Notes: generated by a model not told the origin, from the letters alone. 64,000 bases of DNA from Candidatus Omnitrophota bacterium (GCA_016928555.1 JAFGKM010000047.1:462-64461); one strand, 5' to 3'. Numbered from the stretch's first letter, positions 9,721 to 19,446 are shown. A program made the numbers and translations.

Positions 9721-10656
9721 ATGGTTCTAAGAGAAAGAACGCGTATTGGTAAAAAGGAAGTGGCGCTCTGGCAGTATGCACTGAGGGTTTTCAGGGAGGA
9801 TATGTACTGGTCGCGCGAGCAGTTGGCACAGTACATTGGGGTTTCGACGAGAAGTATTGTTTATTGGGAAGAGGGGCAAGAACCTGGCTTAAGGGCCCAA
9901 GCAAAATTGGTTATGGCTTTACAGGAATTACCAGTGCAGATAGAAAGAATGTCTAAAAGGTTTTTTTCGCGTTTTTTTCCGGCAACAGCTATGCTTACCG
10001 GGGAAGAAATCATAAAAATTCTTGAAAGCAAAGGTCTCGATAAGAAGATAAAAAGTGTTTTGGCAGAAGAAATGCCCGAAATTGCAGACCTCCCCTTCCG
10101 TGAGGCACTGTATGTCTGTTCACAGAAAAAACCGGAGCTTGAGGACGGGTACATGCAGAACCGGGAAGCTGAGCAGTACGTAAAATTGCAGAAAGTTTAT
10201 ACCGCACTTAAGGGAAAAAAGAAAAATCCGGGAGTGTCTTTTGCAAGGCGGAAAGCGCCGGAAAGCAAGAAACCGGTGGCGGGAAAAGGAAGGGGCGGAC
10301 AAAGACGCAAGACAAAAGATCCTGGCGGGGGAGACGACGAAGGAGGCTCAGATTCAGATGGTGACTCTTCTGAAACAGGAGACGAGGATGTATGGCTTGA
10401 TATCGGGCAACTTGCACGGTATCTTAATATCAAGGAATCAACATTGTACTCGTGGGCAGAAAGCAAGTTTATACCAAGTTACAAATTAGGAAGGTTACGG
10501 CGATTTAATAAAGGGGAAATTGATTCATGGATAAAGCAACGCGGAAATCATGACGGAAATTCCCCGACGTTCATTGACAATTTGACAAGGGATTTGCGGA
10601 AAACCAGACCCGGCTACAGGGTCAACCACAAGGAGGTTGACAATGGCTCTTTTTAA
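9721..10656 (+). CDS. DNA-binding protein with N-terminal XRE-like HTH, low-complexity K/G/D/E linker, and C-terminal excisionase/AlpA-type HTH
   Basis: ORF track start 9703 is TTG; the first ATG with RBS is 9721. C-terminal WLDIGQLARYLNIKESTLYSWAESKFIPSYKLGRLRRF resembles excisionase/MerR-type HTH_17. Overlaps the integrase start. Confidence 0.6.
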   Translation: MVLRERTRIGKKEVALWQYALRVFREDMYWSREQLAQYIGVSTRSIVYWEEGQEPGLRAQAKLVMALQELPVQIERMSKRFFSRFFPATAMLTGEEIIKILESKGLDKKIKSVLAEEMPEIADLPFREALYVCSQKKPELEDGYMQNREAEQYVKLQKVYTALKGKKKNPGVSFARRKAPESKKPVAGKGRGGQRRKTKDPGGGDDEGGSDSDGDSSETGDEDVWLDIGQLARYLNIKESTLYSWAESKFIPSYKLGRLRRFNKGEIDSWIKQRGNHDGNSPTFIDNLTRDLRKTRPGYRVNHKEVDNGSF

Positions 10657-11716
10657 ACGAGGCCGGTTTTACTGGTTTTCCAAGAATATCGGAGGGAAGC
10701 ATTATCGGGAGTCTACCGGTTGCGCGGAACGCAATGAAGCAGAGGTGTTCTACGCTAAATGGTTGCTGAAGCATAACCATGTGCCTCCACAGACAGAGAA
10801 TTTATACCAGCGACCACAGGCGAGTTCTTTAACGCTTGAGCAATTGGTGGACAAGTGTTTCAAGCATCGTTCCTTCAGCAAGCTTGCTCTGCAATCTCAA
10901 AGAAGGTACAGAACTTCTGCAAAACTCTTCTTGGACAAGTTAGGCAATCTCCCGGCAGACGAGATTACTACCGATATGCTGGAGGATATTCAGAAAGACC
11001 GCCTAGCAGAAGGGATAAATACATCCACCATAGACAGAGATTTTGCTTTTTTACGCCATCTCTTTAACTGGGGGATTGACCATGAATATTGCAAAAAGAA
11101 CCCAGTTAAAAACTGGCTCTTTGAAAAGGCAAACAATGCTCGGACCAGGCGGCTTTCTGATGAAGAAGAGAATCTGATCCTTGCGGAAATGAAGAAAGAA
11201 AACCTTAACGGGTTTTTAACCATAACCGTTTTGGGACTATACACCAGGGGCAGGAGAGCGGAAATAACAAACCTGCGGCGCAAGAATATAGACCTTGAAG
11301 AGAGAACGATTACATACGAGGTGACGAAAAACAAGACGCCTCGGGTTGAGCCTCTCTGCCAAATTGCCTATATGACACTTGAAGCCTGGCTAAAGGACAA
11401 AAACTTCTCTCCTCAAGACTATATTTTCCCGGGCATCACACCTGACAGAGTAACCAGAATCTTCATCCGGATAACCAGGAAGCTGGGTATAAAAGATCTC
11501 CGGTTTCATGACACCGGAAAGACTTTTACGAACCGGCTTATAGAAGCTAAGGCAGATATCTACAGCGTGAGCAAGCTTTCTGGACATAAGAGCATTTCGG
11601 TTCTGGAGAAGTACTATCTTAATCCCAGAATACTGCCCTCTCTCAGTGAAGAAGTGGCAAAACTGGACAGGAATCTGTCACAATTTGTCACAATTTTGGA
11701 GTCCGGGAAGAAATGA
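10643..11716 (+). CDS. int: tyrosine site-specific integrase (phage integrase family)
   Basis: N-terminal RGRFYWFS...KHYRESTG arm-binding-like region. C-terminal catalytic LRFHDTGKTF (HxxR) and GHKSISVLEKYY (catalytic Tyr). RBS AAGGAGG 7 nt before ATG 10643 (track start 10637 is TTG). Adjacent to the tRNA-Thr 3' end. Confidence 0.85.
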   Translation: MALFKRGRFYWFSKNIGGKHYRESTGCAERNEAEVFYAKWLLKHNHVPPQTENLYQRPQASSLTLEQLVDKCFKHRSFSKLALQSQRRYRTSAKLFLDKLGNLPADEITTDMLEDIQKDRLAEGINTSTIDRDFAFLRHLFNWGIDHEYCKKNPVKNWLFEKANNARTRRLSDEEENLILAEMKKENLNGFLTITVLGLYTRGRRAEITNLRRKNIDLEERTITYEVTKNKTPRVEPLCQIAYMTLEAWLKDKNFSPQDYIFPGITPDRVTRIFIRITRKLGIKDLRFHDTGKTFTNRLIEAKADIYSVSKLSGHKSISVLEKYYLNPRILPSLSEEVAKLDRNLSQFVTILESGKK

Positions 11717-11765
11717 AAAAGGAAGGTTTTGCAGATGCAAATGCATGACGTACAACAACTTAATT

Positions 11766-11840
11766 TGGAGCCCATGGTCGGACTTGAACCGACGACCCGC
11801 GCATTACGAATGCGCTGCTCTGCCGCTGAGCTACACGGGC
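11766..11840 (-). tRNA. tRNA-Thr(CGU)
   Basis: Revcomp gives GCCCGTGTAGCTCAGCGGCAGAGCAGCGCATTCGTAATGCGCGGGTCGTCGGTTCAAGTCCGACCATGGGCTCCA. Cloverleaf with anticodon loop TTCGTAA (CGT), T-loop GGTTCAAGTCC, CCA encoded. Confidence 0.85.
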
Positions 11841-11900
11841 TAAGTGTTTTAGTGAGGGTTATATTATAAAACTTTTCAGGCAGGAGGGCAATTAAAATTA

Positions 11901-13043
11901 TCACGCATCATTAACAAAAATATCTGCGTATTTTTTATACACGTACGATTTATCATACGTTCTTTTCGGATCACGATCATGTAAAATGCCAAGACCAATA
12001 AAACGGTCAATAAGATTTTGCGCACCGGCACGCGTAAATCCGGTCCATTTCTGGATTCTCGCAACGTTCACAATGGGCATTCTGTAAAGTTGCGGAAGTA
12101 CCTTAATGGCACTTTCCGATGAACGTTTACTCAGGGATTGGATTTTCAGCATATCTTGTTCCCGCAATTTGGTGATATCAAGAACCGTATGAATTGCTTC
12201 ATTGGCAATTTCTTCAACCCCGTCAAGGAAAAATTCAATCCACTCTTCAACATCTCCATCGTGATATTTATCAAGACAATCATAATATACCTTCTGATGC
12301 TTCTTGAAATATGAAGACAAGAAAAGCATCGGTTTTTCAAGAAGCTTTTCTCTCCAGAGGTAAAACGTAATAAGCATCCGGCCTGTACGCCCGTTGCCAT
12401 CCAGAAAAGGATGAATTGTTTCAAATTGCGCGTGAAGAAGTCCTGCTTTTATCAAAGGCAAAACATCGTCTTTTGCATGAAGGAATTTTTCCAAATCATT
12501 CAGGGAACGCTCCATATCGGTAACCGGTGGCGGTACAAAATGAGCATTGCTCGGTCTTGTCCCGCCTACCCAATTCTGGCTGCTGCGAAATTCCCCGGGA
12601 TTTGCAAATTGAGTTGCCCGTGCACCTTTCATTAACTCCTTATGTAATTCCTTAAGAAAACGCAAACAGAAAGGGAATTTTTTCAATCGTTCCAAACCAT
12701 AGTTGAGGGCTTTAATGTAATGCAGAATATCATCCACGTCCGCAGGAATGTCTGAACTAACATTGGCTTCTGCTTCAATGGCGTTAATTATTGTCGCTTT
12801 CGTTCCTTCAATCTGGCTTGACGATGCCGCATCTTTTCTTATGTACATAAACAAGAAGAAATCCATGTCCGGCAAAAGCTGGGTGATGCCGTCCAATTTT
12901 CCAAGTAATCGGATAGCCGTATCATTCTTTCTCTCTATCGCGCGGGAAAAATGAAATCCGCCCTTAGGAGGAAAGAGATAAGGGATGAAAGCCTCGAACC
13001 CACTTTTCTGTCGTCGTAATTCGCCTATTAGTATTTTTTCCAT
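11901..13043 (-). CDS. fic: Fic family protein (AMPylator/Fic-DOC), class II with N-terminal inhibitory motif
   Basis: Fic motif HPFLDGNGRTGR. N-terminal SxxIEG (SSSQIEGT) inhibitory-helix motif. ATG start. Confidence 0.85.
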   Translation of the reverse strand: MEKILIGELRRQKSGFEAFIPYLFPPKGGFHFSRAIERKNDTAIRLLGKLDGITQLLPDMDFFLFMYIRKDAASSSQIEGTKATIINAIEAEANVSSDIPADVDDILHYIKALNYGLERLKKFPFCLRFLKELHKELMKGARATQFANPGEFRSSQNWVGGTRPSNAHFVPPPVTDMERSLNDLEKFLHAKDDVLPLIKAGLLHAQFETIHPFLDGNGRTGRMLITFYLWREKLLEKPMLFLSSYFKKHQKVYYDCLDKYHDGDVEEWIEFFLDGVEEIANEAIHTVLDITKLREQDMLKIQSLSKRSSESAIKVLPQLYRMPIVNVARIQKWTGFTRAGAQNLIDRFIGLGILHDRDPKRTYDKSYVYKKYADIFVNDA

Positions 13044-13045
13044 AG

Positions 13046-13120
13046 TTTGTTTACATCTTTATTAACTTGTAAAGAAAGTATATCTCTTTGTTTACATCTT
13101 GTCAAGATTGTAAAGAAAGT
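13046..13120. repeat. two tandem imperfect 34-bp repeats (TTTGTTTACATCTT...TTGTAAAGAAAGT) in the fic upstream region
   Basis: Unit 1 13046..13079 and unit 2 13087..13120 share TTTGTTTACATCTT at the 5' end and TTGTAAAGAAAGT at the 3' end. Located between the fic start and the IS3 left end. Confidence 0.5.
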
Positions 13121-13185
13121 GTGAGCTTTACCTGATTTTATAGACACGAAGGGTATAGTAAAATAAGAGAGAAAAGAGGCCCTTC

Positions 13186-13446
13186 GTGAAAAGATATGAT
13201 GAAGAGTTTCAGAAAGACGCGGTAGAGATGCTGATTAACGAAGACCGGTCTTTAAGGCAGCTTGCCAGAGAGTTGGGAGTAAGTCCCCAGACATTACGCA
13301 ACTGGAAAGACGTATATCTGGGCAAGAAAGCCCGTCAATCAGGCAAAGAGATAGCAGATGTGAAGCAGACGTATGAGGAATTGCGGAAGTTAAAGGTAGA
13401 GAACGCTACCTTAAAGCGGCAGCGGGACATCTTAAAAAAGCATTGA
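13186..13446 (+). CDS. IS3-family transposase OrfA (HTH)
   Basis: VKRYDEEFQKDAVEMLINEDRSLRQLARELGVSPQTLRNWK typical IS3/IS911 OrfA. Ends at slippery A6G (13434..13440) followed by TGA. Confidence 0.75.
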   Translation: MKRYDEEFQKDAVEMLINEDRSLRQLARELGVSPQTLRNWKDVYLGKKARQSGKEIADVKQTYEELRKLKVENATLKRQRDILKKH

Positions 13447-13480
13447 GCATACTCTCGGAACCGCCGGCAGGAGGTATGCG

Positions 13481-14369
13481 TTGATAGAGAAGCTGGCGGC
13501 AGAAGCAAGCATAGCAGAGTTATGCAGTCTGTTCAATGCAGCCCGCAGCGGATATTACGCATGGAAGAAACGCGGTCTGGGCAAACGGAGAAAGGAAAAC
13601 GCTCTCTTAAAGGAAGAAATACGAGGCATCCACAAAGAGAGTGACGAAAACTACGGTTCTCCGAGAATAACTCCGGAACTGAAGAATAAGGGTTATAGAT
13701 GCGGCCATAACAGAGTGGCAAGGCTGATAGGAGTTGGGGATAAAAGGTGCCTTAAAACGCAAATTCAGGCCCAGGACGACCGACAGCAGACATGCCTTAC
13801 CGGTAAGCCCTAATCTTCTCAAAGAAATTCCGGCAGTGACAGAACCGGACCGGGCATGGGTATCGGATATAACCTATATCAAGACAGATGAGGGATGGTT
13901 GTATCTGGCAGCGATAATGGACCTTTGGTCCCGCAGGATTGTAGGATGGCAGGCTTCCGAGAATCTGAAGTCTGAACTGGTAACGGATGCGTTACAGAAG
14001 GCAATTGATATGCGGCGTCCGAACAAGGGTCTGATTTATCATTCGGACAGGGGTGTACAGTATGCAAGCCAGGTATGCCGGAATATTCTTCAATCGGCAG
14101 ATATAGCCAGCAGCATGACGAAATCCGGCAATTGTTACGACAATGCCGCCATGGAATCGTTTTGGAGTACACTGAAGACAGAGATGGTATACCGCAGGAG
14201 ATTGGAGAGCCGCAGGGATGCGCGGCTTGCGTTGTTTAATTACATTGAGGTATTCTATAACAGAAAGCGGTTACATAGTGCGCTGGGATATCGTTCCCCG
14301 GAACAGTTTGAATCCCGGCATAAACGCTACAGTTTTACTGTACCACAGGTGTCTATAATTTCGGGGTAA
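13481..14369 (+). pseudogene. IS3-family transposase OrfB (HTH_21 plus DDE rve core) split over two frames; likely inactivated or carrying homopolymer indel(s)
   Basis: 13481..13813 (frame 2) carries an IS3 OrfB N-terminal-like region (IAELCSLFNAARSGYYAWKKRG...); its first codon is TTG, not ATG. 13734..14369 (frame 0) carries the rve core PDRAWVSDITYI...HSDRGVQYAS...NCYDNAAMESFW. Frame switch occurs at a G4 run about 13733..13737. The N-terminal segment is +1, not -1, relative to orfA. Confidence 0.6.
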
Positions 14370-14451
14370 TTCCTGTTCCAGTTCATCAAGGCCGTCGGGC
14401 TTGCCTAAAATCAGATATTTCAGCCATTCTATCAGTTCCTGCAGGGTCATT

Positions 14452-14712
14452 TTATTTTTTCTGTCCTGCCATGCAGCACAAAGCCCAAACGGAAATTGCA
14501 AGCCCTATCAACAAGAAAAGCCAAAGCACGGAGTCTTTATTCATAAGCGGCATTCTGTCGAGCAATATCCACATGCTCCTGAAAATAAAAACGCTCCCGA
14601 TTATTAAAACCATTTCCGCAAGGATCAGCTTTTTCGCTTTCATGTTTACTATGTTATACCTACTATGGCTGCAATTGCAACTATTACGGATGCTTGAAGT
14701 GATTTCTCTCAT
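14452..14712 (-). CDS. small hypothetical membrane protein (2 TM)
   Basis: 86-aa ORF with two hydrophobic helices. No homology recognisable by eye. Confidence 0.3.
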   Translation of the reverse strand: MREITSSIRNSCNCSHSRYNIVNMKAKKLILAEMVLIIGSVFIFRSMWILLDRMPLMNKDSVLWLFLLIGLAISVWALCCMAGQKK

Positions 14713-14747
14713 AAATTATTTCCGCCTTTAGCCGGGCGGGATAGAAA

Positions 14748-15344
14748 TCAGGTTCCATCAAGTCTCTGCCAGTATTCAATCCATGTATCGGAAGAATATC
14801 TTTTTACGGCGTTCAACCACCCTGCTGAGCCGTCGCTGTAACCGGCAACCACTCCATACCTGTGGGCGGTCATGCCTTCTTCAGGAAATTCAACATCGCT
14901 TATAAGAGCCTTCTTGCCTGCCGATTCATCTAATTCACCGGAACCTCTGACATAATAACTGCTTCTGCTTGTAAAACCGGGCTCTTCAAAATTCTGAAAG
15001 CCGAAATCGGGATTATCCCTTTTGTAATATCTCTGGCTCGGGCAATAAATAATTGCGGGGTTTTGCAGGTACTCCGGTATCAGCCTTCCAACTGATACCT
15101 TCTCGTCCAAATACCATATGTCGTTTGTCGTAACGCTTTCATGGAAAACTTTCCCGCCGTGATTCTGAGCGAACATATGCGCCGAAAAAAATATCTGCTT
15201 TATATTGTTTATACAGACCGTCCTTCGCGCCTGCTCCCTCGCCCTGTTTAAAGCAGGGAGAAGCAGTGCGGCAAGTACGGCTATAATGAAGATAACCACC
15301 AGCAGTTCGATTAGCGTAAATCCTTTATTTTTTTTCCGTTCCAT
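14748..15344 (-). CDS. prepilin-type N-terminal cleavage/methylation domain protein of the DUF1559 (H-X9-DG) family
   Basis: [45 protein letters not shown] is the canonical DUF1559 N-terminus. C-terminal AGYSDGSAG. Family is hugely expanded in Planctomycetes/PVC. Confidence 0.7.
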   Translation of the reverse strand: MERKKNKGFTLIELLVVIFIIAVLAALLLPALNRAREQARRTVCINNIKQIFFSAHMFAQNHGGKVFHESVTTNDIWYLDEKVSVGRLIPEYLQNPAIIYCPSQRYYKRDNPDFGFQNFEEPGFTSRSSYYVRGSGELDESAGKKALISDVEFPEEGMTAHRYGVVAGYSDGSAGWLNAVKRYSSDTWIEYWQRLDGT

Positions 15345-15419
15345 CTTTTTCTCATACCGCGGAAACTGCCTTTTTTGAAATGTTTATCAAGCCGGCCGTT
15401 TCCTGCCTTTTCCCTTGAA

Positions 15420-15740
15420 TCAAAATGTAACGACCCTATCGCTTTCCTTGACTATATCATACATATCCTTCATAGTACTTAGGGGACACATCTCGCTGCC
15501 CTCTTGGTTTCGCGTCTTGATGCAGGAACCGCAGGCTAAAATCTTTCCTCCCAATTCCATGAATTTTTCCACCTGTTCGACCGTATTGAATTTTTCAGCG
15601 CTTATCGTTTGATATTCAACGCCCTTACCCATGAAAAATATTTTTACTTCTTCTTTTTGTCCAAGGCAAAAGTTAGCATAGCGCAATGCGTTCCAGCATG
15701 TTTCCGGGTCATTACTCGAAATAATAACTCCTATCTTCAT
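15420..15740 (-). CDS. DsrE/DsrF-like family protein
   Basis: MKIGVIISSNDPETCWNALRYANF...ACGSCIKTRN...CPLSTMKDMYDIV. Start placed at internal ATG (MKIGVII); the longer ORF is an unsupported N-terminal extension. Confidence 0.5.
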   Translation of the reverse strand: MKIGVIISSNDPETCWNALRYANFCLGQKEEVKIFFMGKGVEYQTISAEKFNTVEQVEKFMELGGKILACGSCIKTRNQEGSEMCPLSTMKDMYDIVKESDRVVTF

Positions 15741-15868
15741 TTTCCATGCCTCCCTTGATAGTTTAAAACGGATGTGGGCTTTATAGTATTCTTCCCCGGG
15801 TGCATCTTCCGCGTTCACTTCCGAACCACAAAAAGAACAAGGTCAATTCTGATGATACAATCTTTTTG

Positions 15869-16606
15869 CTACAATATCCAATTCCGCCGGATATTTCTCA
15901 AACTCATCTGGAAAAGAATAGTACAGAAAGCTATCAGCATAAAAAAATTAAAAGCAAGCGGCATATGTCCCGCCCGCTGGAAAGAAAAATGCAAGATATC
16001 CGCTCCGTATGTAAGCGGCATAATGTAGGAAAGCGGCTTTAGAAAAACGGGCAGTTGTTCTATTGGAAAAAACAGTCCGCAAAGGAAAAGCATTGGGAAA
16101 CGTATGAAATTGGAAAAGGTCTGGGCTTCAAAAACTTCGCTTACAGACACTGCTACGAAAAGTCCGAGAAAAGTGGAACTTATCGCTATGAGAACTATTG
16201 CAGGTATAAGAGTTATCCAGTTAACGCCTGAAAGGTCTGTGAAGAAAGCAGCCATAATAACGGGGACAAAAGCATTGACTATGCCGAATATTATGGCGCC
16301 GGTAGTTTTGGCAAGCATAAGCAGTTCAAGTGAAATCGGCGCCAGAAGAAGACGCTCAAACGACCGTCCTTTCTTTTCAAAAGTTATGGTTACGGAGAGC
16401 AGGCTTGTCGTGCCGAATAAAACGGAAATGGCGACAACGCCGGGGAGAAGTCCGGGTATGCTGTCAAGACCCTGCCCCGACCTCATGAAAAACATTCCGG
16501 TCCATGCAAGAGGGAAAATAATTCCCCAGCTTATGTTGGGCGGTTTAAGATAATAGGACCGGGTATCTTTCAGCAGTATGCTCCAGAATGCCGTGTTTGA
16601 CTTCAT
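15869..16606 (-). CDS. ABC-2 type transporter permease
   Basis: 245 aa, 6 hydrophobic helices. Overlaps upstream ATPase gene by 4 nt. Confidence 0.7.
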   Translation of the reverse strand: MKSNTAFWSILLKDTRSYYLKPPNISWGIIFPLAWTGMFFMRSGQGLDSIPGLLPGVVAISVLFGTTSLLSVTITFEKKGRSFERLLLAPISLELLMLAKTTGAIIFGIVNAFVPVIMAAFFTDLSGVNWITLIPAIVLIAISSTFLGLFVAVSVSEVFEAQTFSNFIRFPMLFLCGLFFPIEQLPVFLKPLSYIMPLTYGADILHFSFQRAGHMPLAFNFFMLIAFCTILFQMSLRNIRRNWIL

Positions 16607-17589
16607 TTACTATTATCTCCCTTTTCCTTTTCTCCCTTCATCGCGTGGGCTTCAATACCCGTTATCTCAACAAACACGTCTTCAAGCGACGGCCTTATCT
16701 TGCGGGCTTCGGACACCTCTGCCCCGCGGTCTTCCATAAACTTTACAAAAGGCCCTATGAAAATGGGCTTTCCGGATTCAATTCTGACGGTAGCCCCAAT
16801 CAGCTCGCGGCATTTGATTCCAGGAAATTCTTTCTCCATGGCACTGGCAAGCCCTTCAATATCTTTTGAAAGAGCAAACTGGACGATGTGTCGTCCTTCC
16901 GTCAGGCGCATGAGGTTGTCGGTTGTGTCCGTGCGGACTATTTTTCCGGAAACTATAAAAGCGATCCGCCGGCAAAGCCTTTCCGCTTCTTCTATATAGT
17001 GCGTGGTTAAAAATATGGTTGTTCCGCCTGCATTCAAATCGTAAATCAACTGTCTTATCTGTCTGGCGCTGGCAACGTCTATCCCTGTTGTCGGCTCATC
17101 CAGAAACAGTATGGGCGGCGAGTGGACAATGCCCGCGGCAATGGTGAGTTTTCGCTTCATCCCCTTGGAATATCTGGCGAATTTTCGGTTTGCGGCGTCG
17201 GCAAGTCCAAACTGCTCCAGCAGTTGGCGGGCGCGGCTTTCCCTGCTTTGTCTTTTCATTCCGTAAAGGGCGCCGCAAAAAGCAAGATTTTCATAACCGG
17301 TAAGTTCGGGATAGAGGTTGCTTTCATCGGGGACGATTCCCATGAGATGCTGGGCGGCCTTCGGGTTTGCGGAACAGTCTATTCCCTGGATGCGTATGGA
17401 GCCTTTGTCCGGCCGTGCGAGTCCGGTAAGCATATTTATGGTTGTTGTTTTTCCCGCACCGTTCGGGCCCAGAAAACCGAATAACTCCCCTTCACAGATA
17501 CTGAAATCAACGCTGTCTACCGCCTGCACTTCTTCGAATTTCTTGCTCAACCCTTTTACTCTAATTATGCTTTTGGCGACTACATCCAT
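16603..17589 (-). CDS. ABC transporter ATP-binding protein
   Basis: Walker A GPNGAGKTT, signature YSKGMKRKL, Walker B ILFLDEPTTGID. Confidence 0.85.
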   Translation of the reverse strand: MDVVAKSIIRVKGLSKKFEEVQAVDSVDFSICEGELFGFLGPNGAGKTTTINMLTGLARPDKGSIRIQGIDCSANPKAAQHLMGIVPDESNLYPELTGYENLAFCGALYGMKRQSRESRARQLLEQFGLADAANRKFARYSKGMKRKLTIAAGIVHSPPILFLDEPTTGIDVASARQIRQLIYDLNAGGTTIFLTTHYIEEAERLCRRIAFIVSGKIVRTDTTDNLMRLTEGRHIVQFALSKDIEGLASAMEKEFPGIKCRELIGATVRIESGKPIFIGPFVKFMEDRGAEVSEARKIRPSLEDVFVEITGIEAHAMKGEKEKGDNSK

Positions 17590-17876
17590 TTATTTCCCAT
17601 CCTTATTTTTCTTGCTCACAGTAATGTTCCCTGGCATCCCCGCGGTATTCCTTTATCTGTTCAGGATTGCAGGTTTTAGGGTCTTTGCCATTTAAAAAAG
17701 TTTTAACAGACAGTTATGTTCTTTCTTTTCTTTCAACTTATCAATTTTGTTGAGAAACAAAAGACCTTTCCTGGATCCTTCCGGTGCAAGAGTGTAATGA
17801 ATCCAGTAGCCTTGTTTCACCCTGAAATATTATCCATTCTTCCCGAGCATTATAGAATTGCAATTTTATGGGGACA

Positions 17877-18266
17877 TCAGAAGCCTTCTCTTCTTTTCCG
17901 TTCTCTGACGATGGCGGCTTTCAATTCTTTTATGAGGGCCAGCCTGGGGGATTTATCGCCCGCCCAGTAAAAGGATGAGAGAACGCCGTCAAGAAGCTGT
18001 TTCGCGTCCAGATGCCTTTCCGGATACATGTCCGCCATCCTCTCTGCCAGCCACTCGAGGGAAGGAAGAAAAACCAGCCGCCCCGAGCGCCTGAGCTTGG
18101 ATATTGAGGGCATGTTGCCCGGTTCTATAAGAATAAATTCGTTTGTCAATTTATCAAAAATCTCGTCCTTGAGAACGGGAGACCATGATTCCTGTATCTC
18201 TGGGCATTCGCATTCGTCAACATATTCCTGTTTCTCGTTTCCCTGCACAATGTGCGGGTCTTCCAT
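17877..18266 (-). CDS. hypothetical protein
   Basis: 129-aa ORF with ATG start. No recognisable motifs. Confidence 0.35.
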   Translation of the reverse strand: MEDPHIVQGNEKQEYVDECECPEIQESWSPVLKDEIFDKLTNEFILIEPGNMPSISKLRRSGRLVFLPSLEWLAERMADMYPERHLDAKQLLDGVLSSFYWAGDKSPRLALIKELKAAIVRERKRREGF

Positions 18267-18306
18267 TTTAGCCTCTCCGCATCAAGAAAATGCAGCCATT
18301 GATGAT

Positions 18307-18618
18307 TTAACGCCACATTGACTTTTCCTGCGGTGCGATAACCCTGTGTGCCGTGCCTTTGCGCGGCTTTGCCATCATGTTTTCAGCCAGTTCGCGCCAC
18401 TTCAGATAATGCGGCGTTTTCTTATGGGCCGCAGAGGCCTCTTCCGTTTCATAAGCCTCGTAAAGGGTAAATCGGGAAGGGTCTTCAATGCTCTGCAATA
18501 CGTCAAACCTCAAGTTTCCCGGCTCTTTGACCGATTCCCGATGGTTATCAACGATTATCTTTATAAATTCGTCAATCTTGTCTTCCCTGACATGAATTTC
18601 CACTGTAGCAACTATCAT
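18307..18618 (-). CDS. antibiotic biosynthesis monooxygenase (ABM) domain protein
   Basis: About 100-aa ferredoxin-like ABM pattern (IVATVEIHV...FLEAYETEEA..H....H.KW). Confidence 0.5.
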   Translation of the reverse strand: MIVATVEIHVREDKIDEFIKIIVDNHRESVKEPGNLRFDVLQSIEDPSRFTLYEAYETEEASAAHKKTPHYLKWRELAENMMAKPRKGTAHRVIAPQEKSMWR

Positions 18619-18630
18619 TTTATCCCCCTG

Positions 18631-19446
18631 TTACTTAATCCCCTTAAGAATCTTTTGAAGGAAAGGAATGTCCTCTTTCAACTTGGTTTCGGACTCTCTT
18701 CCGTCAAGCGCTTCCAGAGACAGGTATCCTTTGTAGCCGATGCCGTCAAGCTGTTTTATTATCTCTTCCCAGTTCAAGTCTCCTTTTTCAAGAGTCCCGA
18801 ACTCCATGGGATATTTTCTGCCCGCAGGCACGCTTCCACCTTCCTGTACATAACGGGCTGATTTGACATGCACGTGGTTTATGTGCCCGCCCATAACGCT
18901 TAAGGCATACCCGGTCTTTGTGAACCCTTCAAACAGGCTGTTGCCCGGGTCGTATATAATGCCTATCCTCTCGGGGGGGAATTTAGCGACCATTTGCAGG
19001 CAGGCGTTGGGCGTACAGCATATCATGTTATGGTGTTGTTCAATGTTCAATTGAACGTCAAATTCCTCCGTCGCCGGCAAAACCTCTTTCTCCAGCCACC
19101 TTATCTGCCTTTCCATAAGCTCTGCGACAGAACTCTCTCCCGGGAAGGGATAGCTGTGACAGCGCACTTTCCCGGTATTCAATATCTTGGCTACATTGAA
19201 GATTTTTGCTATCTCGTCCCTTGTTTCATTGTACTTGAAATAGGGCGCTATGCCGGCCGTTTCCAACTGTGAGTCTTTCATTATTTTCGCAACATCCTCC
19301 GCTGACTTGGGAAGATTATTCACGTCTATATGCCCTTTTTCCCTGCACCACCACTCCACCCCGCCGCATCCGTATTTCTCGGCAAGTTTTATTACTTCCG
19401 CAGGGTTTTTATCCGCGCAGGACAGAGAATACACAGATATCTTCAT
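18631..19446 (-). CDS. sugar phosphate isomerase/epimerase (xylose isomerase-like TIM barrel)
   Basis: 271 aa. Typical AP-endonuclease-2 / TIM barrel family spacing of E/H/D metal-ligand residues. Confidence 0.6.
   Translation of the reverse strand: MKISVYSLSCADKNPAEVIKLAEKYGCGGVEWWCREKGHIDVNNLPKSAEDVAKIMKDSQLETAGIAPYFKYNETRDEIAKIFNVAKILNTGKVRCHSYPFPGESSVAELMERQIRWLEKEVLPATEEFDVQLNIEQHHNMICCTPNACLQMVAKFPPERIGIIYDPGNSLFEGFTKTGYALSVMGGHINHVHVKSARYVQEGGSVPAGRKYPMEFGTLEKGDLNWEEIIKQLDGIGYKGYLSLEALDGRESETKLKEDIPFLQKILKGIK

Larger units (their letters stand above)
13121..14393 (+). mobile_element. IS3-family insertion sequence (about 1.27 kb) with imperfect terminal inverted repeats; transposase frame appears disrupted
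   Basis: Left end ...CCTGATTTTATAGACACGAAGGGTATAGTAAAA versus revcomp of right end CCCCGAAATTATAGACACCTGTGGTACAGTAAAA. orfA and DDE orfB present. Possible 3-bp target duplication AGT (13118..13120 and 14391..14393). Confidence 0.65.

Noticed and set aside
13434-13481. Intact programmed -1 frameshift joining IS3 orfA to orfB
   Set aside because: The slippery heptamer A AAA AAG is present, but the -1 frame hits TGA after 15 codons. The downstream HTH_21 segment is in the +1 frame, so as sequenced the fusion cannot form. A real indel or a homopolymer error cannot be distinguished here.
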